Source of the DNA: Halogeometricum borinquense DSM 11551
Lineage (GTDB): Archaea; Halobacteriota; Halobacteria; Halobacteriales; Haloferacaceae
Assembly: GCF_000172995.2 (NCBI RefSeq)
Contig: NC_014729.1
Span: 2,670,001 to 2,702,000, forward strand
Length of the DNA: 32,000 bases
Direction: 5' to 3'
Of the stretch, positions 16,019 to 27,629 are shown piece after piece. The first letter of the stretch is position 1. Each line of letters opens with the position of its first letter. Under the pieces are notes generated by a model. It searched no databases. It saw only the letters and a list, made by a program, of their open reading frames with translations, and was not told where the DNA came from. Made by a program: the position numbers and the translations under genes.

Positions 16019-16789
16019 ATGGATCTCCGAGTGCTCGGATCCGCGCCGACGGATCCGTTTCTCAGTGCTGCTGACCTGTTCGAGACCGAGTACGACCTCG
16101 ACAAGCCGGTACACGTCACCGTCCGCGACGACCCCGACGAACGAACCTGGGCCGCCCACTACGATGACAGACACGAGTTGAACATCTCCCGGCAGGCCGC
16201 GACGAGTGCGATGGGACGCGAACTCGTCCTGCACGAACTCGCACACATGGTTCGGTACGAAGAACAACACGCTTCCCACATTCAATCGACAGAAGAAGCT
16301 CTGTACCTCGCCCTTTCGGGCAAATCAGTCGAACGGCGAAAGTTAGCCCACTGCTACCAGATTGCAAATCACATGAAGGATATCTACGCGGACGACATCA
16401 CCCTTTCTTTGGGACTTGCGGAGAAACTCGTCCACTTCCTCGAATCGGAGTTAGCCCGCGCCATCGCAGCCAATCCCGGACCTTCGCCGTGGCCGAACTC
16501 CCGACTCGTCACCGCGAACGCCGACCCGGAGATAACCGCGGTGAACGCCGCGTTCGCACTCGCACTCGTCGAACGCCACGGCCTCATCGATCCTGACCAC
16601 CGCATCTACGACTTGGCTCACGCCGCTGCCGATGACGCCCCGGACGTCGAGCTATCCGCGTTCAAAGAGCGATTCCGCTCGCTGTCGGATGACCCCACCG
16701 AGAGCGACTACCGGAAGGCGCTCGTGGACGTAACGCGCGAGTACGCCATCGGAACGAACGACCGCGGCGGTCCCGCTGCGGCAGACTAA
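16019..16789 (+). CDS. Conserved haloarchaeal protein with an HExxH motif (DUF5781-like; putative Zn-metallopeptidase fold)
   Basis: ORF 16004..16789 is taken from the ATG at 16019 (MDLRVLG...). It contains ELVLHELAHMVRYEEQHASH. It is the only plus-strand gene between fusA and rps7. The family name is recalled from memory, not searched. Confidence 0.7.
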   Translation: MDLRVLGSAPTDPFLSAADLFETEYDLDKPVHVTVRDDPDERTWAAHYDDRHELNISRQAATSAMGRELVLHELAHMVRYEEQHASHIQSTEEALYLALSGKSVERRKLAHCYQIANHMKDIYADDITLSLGLAEKLVHFLESELARAIAANPGPSPWPNSRLVTANADPEITAVNAAFALALVERHGLIDPDHRIYDLAHAAADDAPDVELSAFKERFRSLSDDPTESDYRKALVDVTREYAIGTNDRGGPAAAD

Positions 16790-16857
16790 ACGGTCAGTGA
16801 GAAAACCAAGCTGTCGCTCGTGGATCGAAAACGGAGAGAGATAGAGAGAGGACGCGA

Positions 16858-17472
16858 TTACCGGGCCGCTTCCGCAACGCGTTCGCGCTCTTCTTTCTGG
16901 TTGATAGCGTACGTCTCGACGTTGTAGTTCGAAGCACCGACAAGCTGCTGGGCAAGTGCCTCAGCGGCGCTCGTGGTGGTCTTGTAGGAACCGCTCGCGG
17001 TCCCCTCAGCGAGGAACTTCAGCGCCTGATCGACGCGACGCTGGGGTGCGACGTCAACGGCCTGCGGGACGGAGATACCGCCGTACTTGAGACGGACGGT
17101 TTCCTCACGGGGAGCAGCGTTTTCGACGGCGGTGACGAGTACTTGAATCGGGTTCTCGTCCGTCCGCTCGTGAACGATCTCGAAGGCGTCCTTCACGATC
17201 TTCATCGTCTTCTGCTTGTGACCCGTGTTGTCCTCAGACTGCATGAGGCGGTTGATGAGTCGCTCGACGATGCTGATCTCTGACTTCTGGAACTGCTTCG
17301 AGGCGTGGCGACCCATCGTGTGTGCGATGGGCGTGACGTTGATGTATCGCTGCGTCGAGGGGTCAGCGTACTCGATGTCAACGATGTCCCAGACGCCGAA
17401 CAGTTGTGCGTTCGCAGACGCTTCCTCGGAGTCGGCCGGAGATTCCGGTTCGGGTTGCTCGCTGTCGGACAT
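16858..17472 (-). CDS. rps7: 30S ribosomal protein S7 (uS7)
   Basis: The 204-aa ORF has an acidic N-terminal extension followed by LFGVWDIVDIEYADPSTQRYINV...KQFQKSEISIVERLINRLM...ENAAPREETVRLKYGGISVPQAVDVAPQRRVDQALK. Confidence 0.95.
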   Translation of the reverse strand: MSDSEQPEPESPADSEEASANAQLFGVWDIVDIEYADPSTQRYINVTPIAHTMGRHASKQFQKSEISIVERLINRLMQSEDNTGHKQKTMKIVKDAFEIVHERTDENPIQVLVTAVENAAPREETVRLKYGGISVPQAVDVAPQRRVDQALKFLAEGTASGSYKTTTSAAEALAQQLVGASNYNVETYAINQKEERERVAEAAR

Positions 17473-17900
17473 TATCGCACCGGTTTCTCTGCGTTACCGC
17501 GAACCAGTTCGATCATCGACACGCCGTTGACCTTCTCGACCTTGTAGTTGACACCCGAAAGGTCACCCATCGCACGACCCTTCGCCCCACCGATACCGGC
17601 GATGGTGACTTCGTCGTGTTCGTCGATGAACGAGATAGCGCCGTCACCGGGACAGAACGCGGTGACCTGCTTACCGTTCTTGATGAGCTGAACACGGACG
17701 CACTTTCGGATTGCCGAGTTCGGCTGCTTTGCTTCGATACCGACCTTCTCGAGCACGATACCGCGTGCCTGCGGTGCGCCTTCGAGGGGGTCAGACTTCT
17801 TACGGAGACCGCGTTCGCGGCGCGCGTACTCGGAGTCAGACCAGCGTCGCTGCTGCCGGTCCTTCTTGAGCTTGCGCGCGGCGTACTTGCCGTTCGCCAT
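17472..17900 (-). CDS. rps12: 30S ribosomal protein S12 (uS12)
   Basis: The 142-aa ORF reads [22 protein letters not shown]...[46 protein letters not shown]. Its stop overlaps the rps7 ATG by 1 nt (TAATG). Confidence 0.95.
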   Translation of the reverse strand: MANGKYAARKLKKDRQQRRWSDSEYARRERGLRKKSDPLEGAPQARGIVLEKVGIEAKQPNSAIRKCVRVQLIKNGKQVTAFCPGDGAISFIDEHDEVTIAGIGGAKGRAMGDLSGVNYKVEKVNGVSMIELVRGNAEKPVR

Positions 17901-18078
17901 AGTAGCACCAACTTCCTGATGGAGCTACTTAAGCCTCCCTTTTCGAATCAGCCCGAAACGGCCGCAGGTTCTATTAGCGCCCCCTAAGGACGATTCTGAG
18001 CCCGTTTCGACGTTCGGAGTTACGCCCGCTCCATGACGAAGAGGGACTGAAAGACGCGGAGAAGGTGTCGTTCCGAGG

Positions 18079-19029
18079 TTAGTTGCCGTCTCCGCGACGA
18101 GTGTCACACGTCGTCTCTTCGCCCGTACGACGACCATCGATGACATCCACCGACAGTTCACCGCTTACCGCTCGGCCCGACGGTGGCCCGAGCGTCAGTC
18201 CCACTTCGTCAAATCGCGCTTTGACTCGTCGTCGAAAGGACGACCGAACATCGACGAGGTCCACATCCATCGGGTCCGCAAGCCAAAACTCGGCGCGGAG
18301 TCCAATGGAGCTGTCCCCAAACTCGATGATGCGAGAGTTCGGCTCGGGGTCGGCAAGTATTCTATCGTCCGTCCGGATCACCTCGACCAACTCCTTGAGA
18401 GCCAGTTCTACATCGTCGTCGTAGGCGACAGCCACACGCTCTGTCACCCGATAGCGGTCGCGGCCGTACGGACGCGTCAGCGTGTTTGTCGTCAGTTCAG
18501 TGTTCGGGACGGCCACCGTTTCGTTGTTTATTGTCCGAACACGTGTCACACGGAAGTCAACCGCCTCGACGATACCCTCTCCGCCGGACCACGCTATCCA
18601 GTCGCCCACGTTGAAGTCCGGGTCGGCAACGAGGAACAGTCCGCTTATCAACGAGCCGATGACCTCCTGGCCGGCGACGCCGAAGACGAGCGTCACCGCG
18701 GCGACGATGAGTGCCGAGTCCGTCAACACCTCGCCGTACCCAGCGCCGACGACACCACCCACCCCGGCCAAGAGAATGATGGCCGCATGTGCGTACGTCT
18801 CCGTGGCCGAGACGATTGTCGGATTGTTTCGGTTACGCGACCCGACGACGCGGACGATCCCGGGCAGCAGCAGCAGACGGCCGAATAGGTAGATTACCGT
18901 CGAACCGATACCAAAGCCGAGAGCGGCGCCCACCAGTTGTTCGTATCCTTCGGGGAGTGCCGTCAGATCGATCGGACCGATCTGACCGAACCAACCGAGG
19001 AAATGCAGAGCAGTGGCCGGCGGTGACAT
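18079..19029 (-). CDS. mscS: Small-conductance mechanosensitive channel (MscS family)
   Basis: The 316-aa ORF has N-terminal TM helices. The MscS core is readable: GVAGQEVIGSLISGLFLVADPDFNVGDWIAWSGGEGIVEAVDFRVTRVRTINNETVAVPNTELTTNTLTR. Confidence 0.85.
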   Translation of the reverse strand: MSPPATALHFLGWFGQIGPIDLTALPEGYEQLVGAALGFGIGSTVIYLFGRLLLLPGIVRVVGSRNRNNPTIVSATETYAHAAIILLAGVGGVVGAGYGEVLTDSALIVAAVTLVFGVAGQEVIGSLISGLFLVADPDFNVGDWIAWSGGEGIVEAVDFRVTRVRTINNETVAVPNTELTTNTLTRPYGRDRYRVTERVAVAYDDDVELALKELVEVIRTDDRILADPEPNSRIIEFGDSSIGLRAEFWLADPMDVDLVDVRSSFRRRVKARFDEVGLTLGPPSGRAVSGELSVDVIDGRRTGEETTCDTRRGDGN

Positions 19030-19135
19030 ATCTCACAAGGGTGATGGGAGGTGACAAAAGCGTGTGGTCGGCGCGACGACCCGAGAGTCCGCGATAGAAG
19101 ACAGCCCGAACCAAAGCGTATCATGCCCATCCTCG

Positions 19136-19143
19136 TTTTTATC
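19136..19143 (+). promoter_or_regulatory. TATA box (TTTTTATC) for the universal stress protein gene
   Basis: The box is centred about 27 nt upstream of ATG 19167. This supports a leaderless start at 19167 rather than the GTG at 19149 used by the ORF track. Confidence 0.45.
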
Positions 19144-19166
19144 TACGCGTGCGAGGTATGTGTTGT

Positions 19167-19577
19167 ATGGTGACGTATATCATTGGGACAGATGGGGACG
19201 CGGCGAGCGAGGCAATCGGAGACTATCTGGACCAAGAGGTCGATTCGGACGACCGACTCGAAATCGTCAACGTCCTGTCGTCGGGGGCCGACGCTGACGA
19301 GAGCATCAAGGGACGAGAGGCACTCGAACAGTTAGAAGAACGGTTTGAGGATCGTACGTCTGTAACGACACACCAGTTCAGCCGCGGGCAAAGTCCGACC
19401 GACGAACTCATCGGGTACGCGGACGAAATCGACGCGGATCGAATCGTCATTGCGCTTCGACGCCATTCTCGAACCGAGCGCATTATCTTCGGAAGCGTCT
19501 CGCACGCACTCCTCCAGCGGACCACTCGTCCAACGACACTGGTTCCACTACCGGAGTACCAACCACCGGACGAGTGA
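19167..19577 (+). CDS. Universal stress protein (UspA family)
   Basis: ORF 19149..19577 is taken from ATG 19167: MVTYIIGTDGDAAS...ELIGYADEIDADRIVIALRRHSRTERIIFGSVSHALLQRTTRPTTLV, the typical Usp C-terminal motif. The N-terminal nucleotide-binding region is degenerate. Confidence 0.75.
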   Translation: MVTYIIGTDGDAASEAIGDYLDQEVDSDDRLEIVNVLSSGADADESIKGREALEQLEERFEDRTSVTTHQFSRGQSPTDELIGYADEIDADRIVIALRRHSRTERIIFGSVSHALLQRTTRPTTLVPLPEYQPPDE

Positions 19578-19611
19578 TAGCCAAGTGAAAAATTCGCGTC
19601 CGCGGCGACGA

Positions 19612-20031
19612 CTACGTCAACTGGATGTCGTCAACGCCGTGGTGTCGTTCCGCGAGCGTTCGCGCCGTCTCAATGTTCCGCCCCTCTTTTCCGATGGCGA
19701 CGCCGCGATCCGCGTTTTCGACTTCGACGTAGGCCACGCGGTCGTCCTGTTCGGAGATGGTCACGTGCCGGACGGCGGCGGGCGCGAGCATGCTCTCGAC
19801 GAACGCCTCGGTAGTATCGGCGTCCTCAACGAGTTCGACTGACCGACCGATTTTCTCCTCGACTGCGTGGACGTGTTGTCCGCGCGGGCCGATGGCCTGT
19901 CCCATCTGCCCCGCCGCGACGAGGATGACCACGCGGTCGTCGAACACGAGACAGTCGCGTGCGACCGCTTCGGTCTCGTCCTCGAAGAGGGCGATGTATT
20001 GCCGTGCCGTGTCCGACAGCGTGACAGTCAT
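19612..20031 (-). CDS. nusA: Transcription termination/antitermination factor NusA (archaeal, two KH domains)
   Basis: The 139-aa ORF contains ...GQAIGPRGQHVHAVEEKIGRSVELVE... and ...RGVAIGKEGRNIETARTLAERHHG.. (GxxG KH motifs). It starts 3 nt after the rpoA2 stop. Confidence 0.9.
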   Translation of the reverse strand: MTVTLSDTARQYIALFEDETEAVARDCLVFDDRVVILVAAGQMGQAIGPRGQHVHAVEEKIGRSVELVEDADTTEAFVESMLAPAAVRHVTISEQDDRVAYVEVENADRGVAIGKEGRNIETARTLAERHHGVDDIQLT

Positions 20032-20034
20032 GCG

Positions 20035-21288
20035 TCAGTCGTCGGAGGGTTCGGGCGCGGCCGCATCCGTCTCGGGTTCGGTCTCGGTCGAAGCCTCGAT
20101 AGAGCCCATACGGAGGTCCACGTCGCCGGTACCGATGGCGATGGGCTTGCCGACGATGACGTTCTCGATGACGCCGTCGAGGTCGTCTTCCTCGCCGTGG
20201 ATAGCGGCGTCGAGGAGGTGGTTGACCGTCACCTCGAATGCCGCACGGGCGAGGACGGAGTCTTTCGAGCCGGAGATACCGTGACGGCCGATGGACTCGA
20301 TCTCACCGCGGTTCGTCATGATGTCTGCGACGAGCATCAGGTGTCGAACGTTCACGTCGTCGAGACCCTGTTCGCGGAGCGTGTTCATCGTCTCGTCGAT
20401 GATGGCCTCACGCGCCGCCTCGATGCCGAGATTGCGGTGAATCTCGTGGATGTTGTTACTCGTCGTCCGCGAGGCGTCCACGCCCTCGATAGAGAGGACG
20501 TCACCGAACGCCGACCCCTCGGTGTAGAGGACGAACTCCTCTTCGCCGGTGTCGTCGTTCTCCTCTTTCCGGATGACGACGCGCGTGATGTCCTCGATAC
20601 CCTTGAAGACGATGTCGCGCAGTTCCTCGACCAGTTGGAGTAGACGACGGTAACTCGGCGATTCGGGACCGAACTCGACGACGGTTCCCGAGCGTCGCGT
20701 CTTCACGCCGAGGGCGTCCTCGATGGTCTCGGCAATCTCCTGGGCGACGGTGTCCACGTTGTTCACCGTGGGCCACCGCTCCATGAGCGTGTCCTCGTTC
20801 AAGTCGATGCGGACGACCATGTCCGCAACGTTCGTGGACACGTCACCGAGGGCGAGAATCTTCGTCGCCTCCATCGACCAGACGACCTCGTGGGCGCGTT
20901 CGCGTTCGGTCGCGTACTCGCCTTCGAGGAACACCGTCATCATCGGCGTGTCCGGCGTCTTCCGGGCGTCCACCAGTTCGATGAGGCGGGGAAGCCCCTG
21001 CGTCACGTCGATTTCTGCGACACCCGCATAGTGGAACGTGTTCATCGTCATCTGCGTCCCCGGTTCACCGATGGACTGTGCGGAGACAGTCCCGACGGGG
21101 TCGAGCGGGTCCACGCGGGTGTCGAGGTAACGAGCCTCGACAGCCTGTGCGATTTCGTCGGCCTGCGAGGGCGAGACGCCCTCACGTTCCTCGATGGTGT
21201 CGTAGATTCGTATCTTCAGTCGTCGAGGAATGTCGCGGTCCTCGACGAGCGCTTCGACGTCTTCAGTTACGTGTTCGTACTCAGTCAT
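20035..21288 (-). CDS. rpoA2: DNA-directed RNA polymerase subunit A'' (Rpo1C), 417 aa
   Basis: ORF 20035..21459 is taken from the internal ATG at 21288: [25 protein letters not shown]...[26 protein letters not shown]. It overlaps the rpoA1 stop by 8 nt (ATGACTGA). Confidence 0.93.
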   Translation of the reverse strand: MTEYEHVTEDVEALVEDRDIPRRLKIRIYDTIEEREGVSPSQADEIAQAVEARYLDTRVDPLDPVGTVSAQSIGEPGTQMTMNTFHYAGVAEIDVTQGLPRLIELVDARKTPDTPMMTVFLEGEYATERERAHEVVWSMEATKILALGDVSTNVADMVVRIDLNEDTLMERWPTVNNVDTVAQEIAETIEDALGVKTRRSGTVVEFGPESPSYRRLLQLVEELRDIVFKGIEDITRVVIRKEENDDTGEEEFVLYTEGSAFGDVLSIEGVDASRTTSNNIHEIHRNLGIEAAREAIIDETMNTLREQGLDDVNVRHLMLVADIMTNRGEIESIGRHGISGSKDSVLARAAFEVTVNHLLDAAIHGEEDDLDGVIENVIVGKPIAIGTGDVDLRMGSIEASTETEPETDAAAPEPSDD

Positions 21289-24217
21289 CGGATTGTACCC
21301 CCGTGTCCTGTGCCTTGTCGAGGCCGGGACCGGCGTACTCGGAGAGGTTCGTCGGCGGTTCGCGGCGTCCGAGGAAGCGTTCTTTCTCCTCGCTGGAGGA
21401 GAACTCGGCGTCGAGGACGCGGTCTGTGATGTTCTCGACGTCGATACCGTCTCCCTCACCGGAGGAGACTTTCACGGGCGAGGTGCCGTCCTCACCGAAC
21501 TCGAACTGGACAATGGTGCCCGAGGTGTCACGGACAGTGCCGTCGTACTGCGCTTCTAGTTCGGACAGCGCGTTGATGAGACGGCGCTGCAGGTATCCGG
21601 ACTTCGACGTCCGGACTGCCGTGTCCACCAGCCCCTCGCGGCCACCCATCGCGTGGAAGAAGAACTCCCGTGGCGTCAGGCCGCCGCGATAACTGTTCTC
21701 CACGAAGCCGTGTGCCTCGGCGGAGAGGTCCTCTTTCTGGTAGTGGCTGAGCGTCCGACCCTCGTATCCGCGGTTGATTCGCTCACCGCGAACTGCCTGC
21801 TGGCCGACACAGCCGGCCATCTGCGTGAGGTTCAGCATCGACCCACGCGCACCGGATCGGGCCATGACGACGGCCGGGTTGTCGTCGGTGAAGTGGTCGT
21901 CCGCGATTTCACCAGCGGAGTCACGCGCCTTGCCGAGTTGCTGCATGATCTTCATCTCCAGCGTCTCGTCGACGGTGCGGCCCGGCAGCGACTCCAGTTC
22001 GCCCGCCTCGTAGATCTCGATGAGTTCCTCGACGCGTTCGTATGCGCTGTCGATAGCTTCGTCCACCTGTTCGCCGGCCTCCTGCGGAATCGACTCGTCG
22101 TCGATACCGATGGAGAACCCGAAGTGCATGATGGCACGCATCGCCAGCGAGGCGACCTCGTTGATGAACACGCGAGAGCGGGTCTTCGAGTAGACCTTCG
22201 CCAGCGTGTCCACGACTTCGCCACCGAATGCACCGACGGCGTCCTCGTCGATGGTTCCCTCGATGAGTTGGCCGTCTTCGATGATCACGTCGTCACCGGT
22301 CGAGGAGGTGAACGAGAGGTTCAGGTCGTCCGGCAGGAGTTCGCTGAACAGTTGCCGACCCGTCCAGTAAGGCTGTCCGTCCTCCTCTTCGCCCGCGGGT
22401 TCAGGGAGCGTGTCGATGCTCGTCGCACGGAGCAGGTCGAGTGCCTGCGTCTCGGTGAAGTGCGGGTTGCCGTTCGTCAGGAGGTACGTCCCCGAGATGT
22501 GGTCCTGAATCGCACCGATAATGTTCTGCCCGAAGCGCGGACTGAGAATCTGCTCTTGGACGCGCATCAGGACGCGCGCCTCTGCACGGGCCTCCTCCGT
22601 CTGGAGGGCGTGCATGTTCATCTCGTCCCCGTCGAAGTCGGCGTTGTACGGGGGACAGACGACAGTGTTCAGTCGGAACGTCTTGTACGGCATCACGACC
22701 ACTTCGTGAGCCATGATCGACATCCGGTGCAGCGACGGCTGTCGGTTGAAGATGACGATGTCGCCGTCGATCAGGTGGCGGTTGACCTCCCAGCCAGCCT
22801 GCACCTTCTCAGCGAGTTCCTCGCAGTTCTTCTCAGTGACCTTCAGACGACGGCCGTCAGGTCGCTTGACGTAGTTTGCGCCGGGGTGACCCTCGGGACC
22901 GTTGCGAACGTACTGCTGGGCCTGTTCGAGGTTCCGCTCGGTCACGTTCATCGTCTGCGTCATCTCGCGTGCGACGCGTTCCGGAACTCCGACTTCGTTC
23001 AGCGAGAGCGTCGGGTCCGGCGAGATGACGGTACGCGCGGAGAAGTTGACACGCTTCCCTGACAGAGAGCCACGGAAGCGACCCTCTTTGCCCTTGAGTC
23101 GCTGGCTGAGCGTCTTCAGCGGACGTCCGGAGCGGTGACGGGCGGGCGGCGTGCCGGAAATCTCGTTGTCGATGAAGGTGGTGACGTGATACTGGAGCAG
23201 TTCCCACAGGTCCTCGATAATGAGTTGCGGTGCACCCGCCTCGCGGTTCTCCATGAACCGCTGGTTGATGCGGATAATGTCCACGAGCTTGTGAGTCAGG
23301 TCGTCCTCCGAGCGCTGGCCGTTGTCCAGCGTGATCGACGGTCGCGCCGTCACCGGCGGGACGGGCAGGACGGTCAGAATCATCCACTCGGGTCGTGCGC
23401 GACTCGGGTCGATGCCGAGCGTCACGATATCCTCGTCCGGGATGTCCTCGAACCAGTCGCGGATGTCCGAGGGCATCAGCTTGTTCATGTCCTCCTCAGT
23501 GAGGTCTACGTCCAGCGCCTTCTCCAGCTTCTTCCGGTCGTCACCGACCGGGCGGAACTCGCCGGAGAGGATTTGGTTGACGCGCTGAAGCGCGATACCC
23601 GTCTGGTCAGCGAGTTCCGAGGGGGCCATCCCCGTGTCGTCCTCGTCGTCCTCGTCGGGCTGCATCGCGTTAGCGATGCGCTCGGAGTAGTCGCCCGCGA
23701 GCACGTCTTGGACCTCGTAGTACGTGGTCGGCTTTTCGTGCTTGATGTCGTGCTGGGGCGCGCCGCAGTGCGGACAGCGGCTGGCCTTCCGGGCCTGCCG
23801 AACCGCCGACTTCAGCACGTCCGTCCAGTCTTCGCCGAGTTCTTCGGTTCGAGTAAGGCCGTCACGGAACTCCTCTGCCTCCTCTTCGGTCAGCGAAAGA
23901 CGCCCGCAGTCGCGGCACGTCGAACGCAGGAGTCGGCGGATGAGTTTCGTGAAGCCGACGTGGATGACGGGCGCGGCCAGTTCGATGTGGCCGAAGTGCC
24001 CGTTACACGACCCCGAGTGCGAACCACAGGTCCGGCACTCCAGACCGGGGTCGATGACGCCCAGACGTGGGTCCATCAGCCCCATGTCTATCGGGTAGCC
24101 GTCGTCGTCGTAGGTGTCCGCAGTGATGACCTTCGTCGCGGACATGTCACGGTACGTCTCCGGGTCCATCAGCCCGAACTGGATGGCCCCGATCTCCTTG
24201 GGTGTCTGCATTGACAT
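21281..24217 (-). CDS. rpoA1: DNA-directed RNA polymerase subunit A' (Rpo1N), 978 aa
   Basis: The N-terminal zinc-binding region CRTCG...C.GHFGHIEL and the catalytic [13 protein letters not shown] motif are both readable. Confidence 0.96.
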   Translation of the reverse strand: MSMQTPKEIGAIQFGLMDPETYRDMSATKVITADTYDDDGYPIDMGLMDPRLGVIDPGLECRTCGSHSGSCNGHFGHIELAAPVIHVGFTKLIRRLLRSTCRDCGRLSLTEEEAEEFRDGLTRTEELGEDWTDVLKSAVRQARKASRCPHCGAPQHDIKHEKPTTYYEVQDVLAGDYSERIANAMQPDEDDEDDTGMAPSELADQTGIALQRVNQILSGEFRPVGDDRKKLEKALDVDLTEEDMNKLMPSDIRDWFEDIPDEDIVTLGIDPSRARPEWMILTVLPVPPVTARPSITLDNGQRSEDDLTHKLVDIIRINQRFMENREAGAPQLIIEDLWELLQYHVTTFIDNEISGTPPARHRSGRPLKTLSQRLKGKEGRFRGSLSGKRVNFSARTVISPDPTLSLNEVGVPERVAREMTQTMNVTERNLEQAQQYVRNGPEGHPGANYVKRPDGRRLKVTEKNCEELAEKVQAGWEVNRHLIDGDIVIFNRQPSLHRMSIMAHEVVVMPYKTFRLNTVVCPPYNADFDGDEMNMHALQTEEARAEARVLMRVQEQILSPRFGQNIIGAIQDHISGTYLLTNGNPHFTETQALDLLRATSIDTLPEPAGEEEDGQPYWTGRQLFSELLPDDLNLSFTSSTGDDVIIEDGQLIEGTIDEDAVGAFGGEVVDTLAKVYSKTRSRVFINEVASLAMRAIMHFGFSIGIDDESIPQEAGEQVDEAIDSAYERVEELIEIYEAGELESLPGRTVDETLEMKIMQQLGKARDSAGEIADDHFTDDNPAVVMARSGARGSMLNLTQMAGCVGQQAVRGERINRGYEGRTLSHYQKEDLSAEAHGFVENSYRGGLTPREFFFHAMGGREGLVDTAVRTSKSGYLQRRLINALSELEAQYDGTVRDTSGTIVQFEFGEDGTSPVKVSSGEGDGIDVENITDRVLDAEFSSSEEKERFLGRREPPTNLSEYAGPGLDKAQDTGVQSDD

Positions 24218-24221
24218 TGTG

Positions 24222-26054
24222 TTAGACTGCGTCTTCGAGGTTCAGTCGCGGTCGGATGCCGAGCGCGATCATCTCGTCCAAGAGGAGCTTGAACGCGTAA
24301 CTGATCTCTATCTCGTGGATGTTGTCCTCGTCGCCGGTGACGGGGTCGTAGATGCGGCGTTGGTCGCGGTCCTCGACGGCCACCATCCCGGTGTCCGCGG
24401 AGACGTACACTTCCTCCTTGTCGGAGGAGTCGAGCAGTCGCTCCTGCAGGACCATCGCGGCACCGTGCCCGATGACGGTGTCACGCTCCATCTCCCCGAG
24501 ACGGAGGCCACCCTCGCGGGCACGACCTTCCGTCGGCTGACGGGTAAGCACCTGCACCGGCCCGCGCGAACGGGCGTGCAGTTTGTTGCTCACCATGTGG
24601 TACAGTTTGTGGTAGAAGATGATGCCGACGAAGATTTCGGCCTCAATCTTCTCGCCGGTGACGCCGGAGTACATGACCTCCTTCCCCGAGGACTTGAATC
24701 CGTGTTCCTCAAGCGCGCCGCGGAGTTCGGATTCGTCCTCGCCCTGGAAGGCGGTGCCGTCAACACGGCGTCCTTCGAGTGCGCCGACCTTGCCGCCGAG
24801 CATCTCCAGCACGTGGCCGACCGTCATGCGCGACGGAAGCGCGTGCGGGTTGATGACCAAGTCGGGTACCACGCCGTCTGCGGTGAAGGGCATGTCCTCC
24901 TGTGGAGCCAAGTGGCCCACGACACCCTTCTGTCCGTGGCGAGATGCGAACTTGTCACCGAGTTCCGGAATACGCTGGTCACGCACCGAGACCTTCGCCA
25001 GCTTCGAGCCGTCTTCACCCTCCATCAGGGTGACGGTGTCAACGACACCGTTCTCGCCCGAGCGCATCGTAACGGAGGTTTCGCGGCGCTTCTGCGGCGA
25101 GAGACCACCCATGTCGTCCGGTTCTTCGAGGAACCGCGGCGGCGACGTTTTCCCGAGGAGGACGGAGTTTTCGTCCACCACTGTCTCGGGATTGACGAGA
25201 CCGTCGTCGTCGAGGTGGTTGTACGCGTCTTCCCCGCGCGCACCACGCACGTCCTGACTCGGAACCTCGAAGCGGTCTTCCTGTCCACCGGGGTAGCGAC
25301 GTTCCTCACCCTCGTAGGTGCGGAAGAAGTGCGACCGCGCCATCGCGCGGTCAACCGACCCCTTGTTCATGACGAGTGCGTCCTCGATGTTGAACCCCTC
25401 GTAGGACATCACGGCGACAGTGAAGTTCTGTGCCGCCGGTCGCTCGTCGAAACCGATCTGTTCTGTCGTCTGCGTCTTCACCATCGACAGCTGCGGGTAG
25501 TGCAGGAGGTGCTGACGCGTGTCGGGCCGGATGCGGTAGTTCGCAGAGGGAAGCCCGAGCGACTGCTTCATCATCCCCGCACCCATGGTAATACGCGGCG
25601 AGGCGTTGTGTTCGGGGTACGGAATCATCCCGGCACCGATACCGAAGATGAGTTGCGGGTCGATTTCGAGGTGCGTGTGATCCTCGTTCAGGTCATCTTC
25701 GTCAACGGCGACGTAGATGTCCTCTTCCTCCTCGGCGTCGATGAACTCGATGTAACCGCGGTCGATGAGGTCCTCGAAGTCGATTTCGTCGTTCTTGACG
25801 GCCGCAATCTCGTCGTCCGAGAGGAGCGGTTCGCCGTCTTCGACGACGATGAGGGGACGGCGGGCGCGACCCGCGTCTGCGTTGATGATAACTTCGCGGG
25901 TGCGCTCCTTGACGGAGACGTTCACCATCTGACTCACGTCGCCGCGGCGACGCGCTTCCCGAATCTGTTCGGCGAGCTGTTTGGGGTCAGGATGGGTCCC
26001 GACCAAACTACCGTTAACGTATACCTTCGCTTCGCGTTGCTGAGTCTGAGCCAT
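24222..26054 (-). CDS. rpoB1: DNA-directed RNA polymerase subunit B' (Rpo2C), 610 aa
   Basis: The translation contains [23 protein letters not shown]-like [13 protein letters not shown], and [11 protein letters not shown]. Confidence 0.96.
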   Translation of the reverse strand: MAQTQQREAKVYVNGSLVGTHPDPKQLAEQIREARRRGDVSQMVNVSVKERTREVIINADAGRARRPLIVVEDGEPLLSDDEIAAVKNDEIDFEDLIDRGYIEFIDAEEEEDIYVAVDEDDLNEDHTHLEIDPQLIFGIGAGMIPYPEHNASPRITMGAGMMKQSLGLPSANYRIRPDTRQHLLHYPQLSMVKTQTTEQIGFDERPAAQNFTVAVMSYEGFNIEDALVMNKGSVDRAMARSHFFRTYEGEERRYPGGQEDRFEVPSQDVRGARGEDAYNHLDDDGLVNPETVVDENSVLLGKTSPPRFLEEPDDMGGLSPQKRRETSVTMRSGENGVVDTVTLMEGEDGSKLAKVSVRDQRIPELGDKFASRHGQKGVVGHLAPQEDMPFTADGVVPDLVINPHALPSRMTVGHVLEMLGGKVGALEGRRVDGTAFQGEDESELRGALEEHGFKSSGKEVMYSGVTGEKIEAEIFVGIIFYHKLYHMVSNKLHARSRGPVQVLTRQPTEGRAREGGLRLGEMERDTVIGHGAAMVLQERLLDSSDKEEVYVSADTGMVAVEDRDQRRIYDPVTGDEDNIHEIEISYAFKLLLDEMIALGIRPRLNLEDAV

Positions 26055-26057
26055 TGT

Positions 26058-27629
26058 TTAGTCGTCCGCGGGCGTGTTCGTGGGGTCAGGTCCCTCGATA
26101 CCGGGGATACCTTCGACACCCATCGACGCCAGTTCTCGTTTGAGTGCCTGTTCGTCCTCGATGTTCTGCGACAACTCCATCGCCTGCGCGAAGTTCTTCA
26201 CGAGCCCACAATTCGGCCCCTCCGGCGTCTCGGAGGGACAGATGCGACCCCATTGGGTCGCGTGCAGGTCGCGGGCCTCAAAGTGAGGCTGACTCCGCGA
26301 GAGCGGACTGCGGAGACGGCGCAGGTGAGACAGCACACCCATGTAGTCCGTCCGGTCCACGAGTTGGGAAACGCCGGAGCGTCCGCCGACCCAGTTCCCG
26401 GTCGCGATGGGGTGTTCGAGGCGTTCGGTCAGCACGTCCGACCGGACGACGGTGTTAACCGTTAGCTGCCGGTTACGCATGTTCGCGCGTTCGAGCTGGT
26501 ACTTCACGTCGCGTGCCAGCTTGTTCAGCGCCGTCCGGAACAGGTCCTTCATCAGGTCGCCGGACACCTTCAGGCGCTTGTTGGCGTAGTGGTCCTTGTC
26601 GTCGGAGTCACGGCGTTCGAGGGCAAGCTCGAAGCACGCCTCGGCCATTCGGCAGAGGTAGAACGCCTTGTTGATGCGCACGTCCTCCTCATCGACACCG
26701 TCCTCGTGGAGATGCGGGAGGAGGTAGCGGTCGATGACGTAGTTCGCGCGCTTCAGTTGGTAGTTCTTGCCCTGCCCGCTGGCAACGCGCTTACCGAGAC
26801 TTTCGATTGCCTCGGCTTCCGTCTGAACCTCGGCCTCTTCGAGGTTCTCCAGCATGTACTTGACAATCTCGGGGTCGTCGGAGACGCGGTGGACAATCTC
26901 CTCGTCGGATTCGAGTCCGAGTGCGCGCACGAGCGTAACGAATTCGACGCTGCCCGAGACCGAGGGGAACGACACTTCGAGAATACCCTCGCGGTTGCGC
27001 TCACAGAGAACGAGCGCTCGGTAGCCACGACGCTGAGAGAACGTCTTTGCGACCTGAATCTCGTCGCCGTACTTCGTGTCGTACTCGGCGAGAATCTTGT
27101 TGGGCGCAAGGTCCTCCGAGGTCATCAGCACACGCTCGGAACCGTTGACGATGAAGTAGCCACCGGGGTCTACGGGGTCCTCGCCGATTTCGACGAGTTC
27201 CTCGTCAGTGAGGTTGCTGATGTTACACTTCGAGGAACCGACCATGATGGGCATCCGGCCCACCTTCGTTTCGGTCGTATCGACGACGACTTCCTCTTCT
27301 TCCTCGCCACCGCGAATGATGGACATCTCCATGAACACGGGGGCGGCGTAGGTGATGTTACGGAGACGGGCCTCCTGCGGGAACAGGAGTTCCTCGGAGC
27401 CGTCGGCCTCGCGGACGCGAGGCGTCTCGATGCGGATGTCACCGAGTTCGACGTAGACAGGCTCCTCGCCCTCCTTGTCGCCGATGTCCGTGTCGATAGT
27501 CGCCTTCTCGCTGACGACCTCCTGCATACCCCGTTCGAGGAAGTTGTTGAACGAACGGAAGTGGTGTTCTGCGAGCCGTTCCTGTGAGAAATACTGTCGT
27601 GATACTGCGCGTCGGTCCTGTCGATTCAT
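26058..27629 (-). CDS. rpoB2: DNA-directed RNA polymerase subunit B'' (Rpo2N), 523 aa
   Basis: This is the N-terminal half of the split archaeal B subunit: [18 protein letters not shown]..., [11 protein letters not shown]-like [11 protein letters not shown], and [11 protein letters not shown]. It ends 3 nt before the rpoB1 ATG. Confidence 0.96.
   Translation of the reverse strand: MNRQDRRAVSRQYFSQERLAEHHFRSFNNFLERGMQEVVSEKATIDTDIGDKEGEEPVYVELGDIRIETPRVREADGSEELLFPQEARLRNITYAAPVFMEMSIIRGGEEEEEVVVDTTETKVGRMPIMVGSSKCNISNLTDEELVEIGEDPVDPGGYFIVNGSERVLMTSEDLAPNKILAEYDTKYGDEIQVAKTFSQRRGYRALVLCERNREGILEVSFPSVSGSVEFVTLVRALGLESDEEIVHRVSDDPEIVKYMLENLEEAEVQTEAEAIESLGKRVASGQGKNYQLKRANYVIDRYLLPHLHEDGVDEEDVRINKAFYLCRMAEACFELALERRDSDDKDHYANKRLKVSGDLMKDLFRTALNKLARDVKYQLERANMRNRQLTVNTVVRSDVLTERLEHPIATGNWVGGRSGVSQLVDRTDYMGVLSHLRRLRSPLSRSQPHFEARDLHATQWGRICPSETPEGPNCGLVKNFAQAMELSQNIEDEQALKRELASMGVEGIPGIEGPDPTNTPADD

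Noticed and set aside
21653-27587. Plus-strand ORFs 21653..23062, 23135..24214, 24114..26465 (783 aa) and 26589..27587
   Set aside because: All are antisense to rpoA1, rpoB1 and rpoB2, whose minus-strand products carry the canonical RNA polymerase motifs. They are shadow ORFs.
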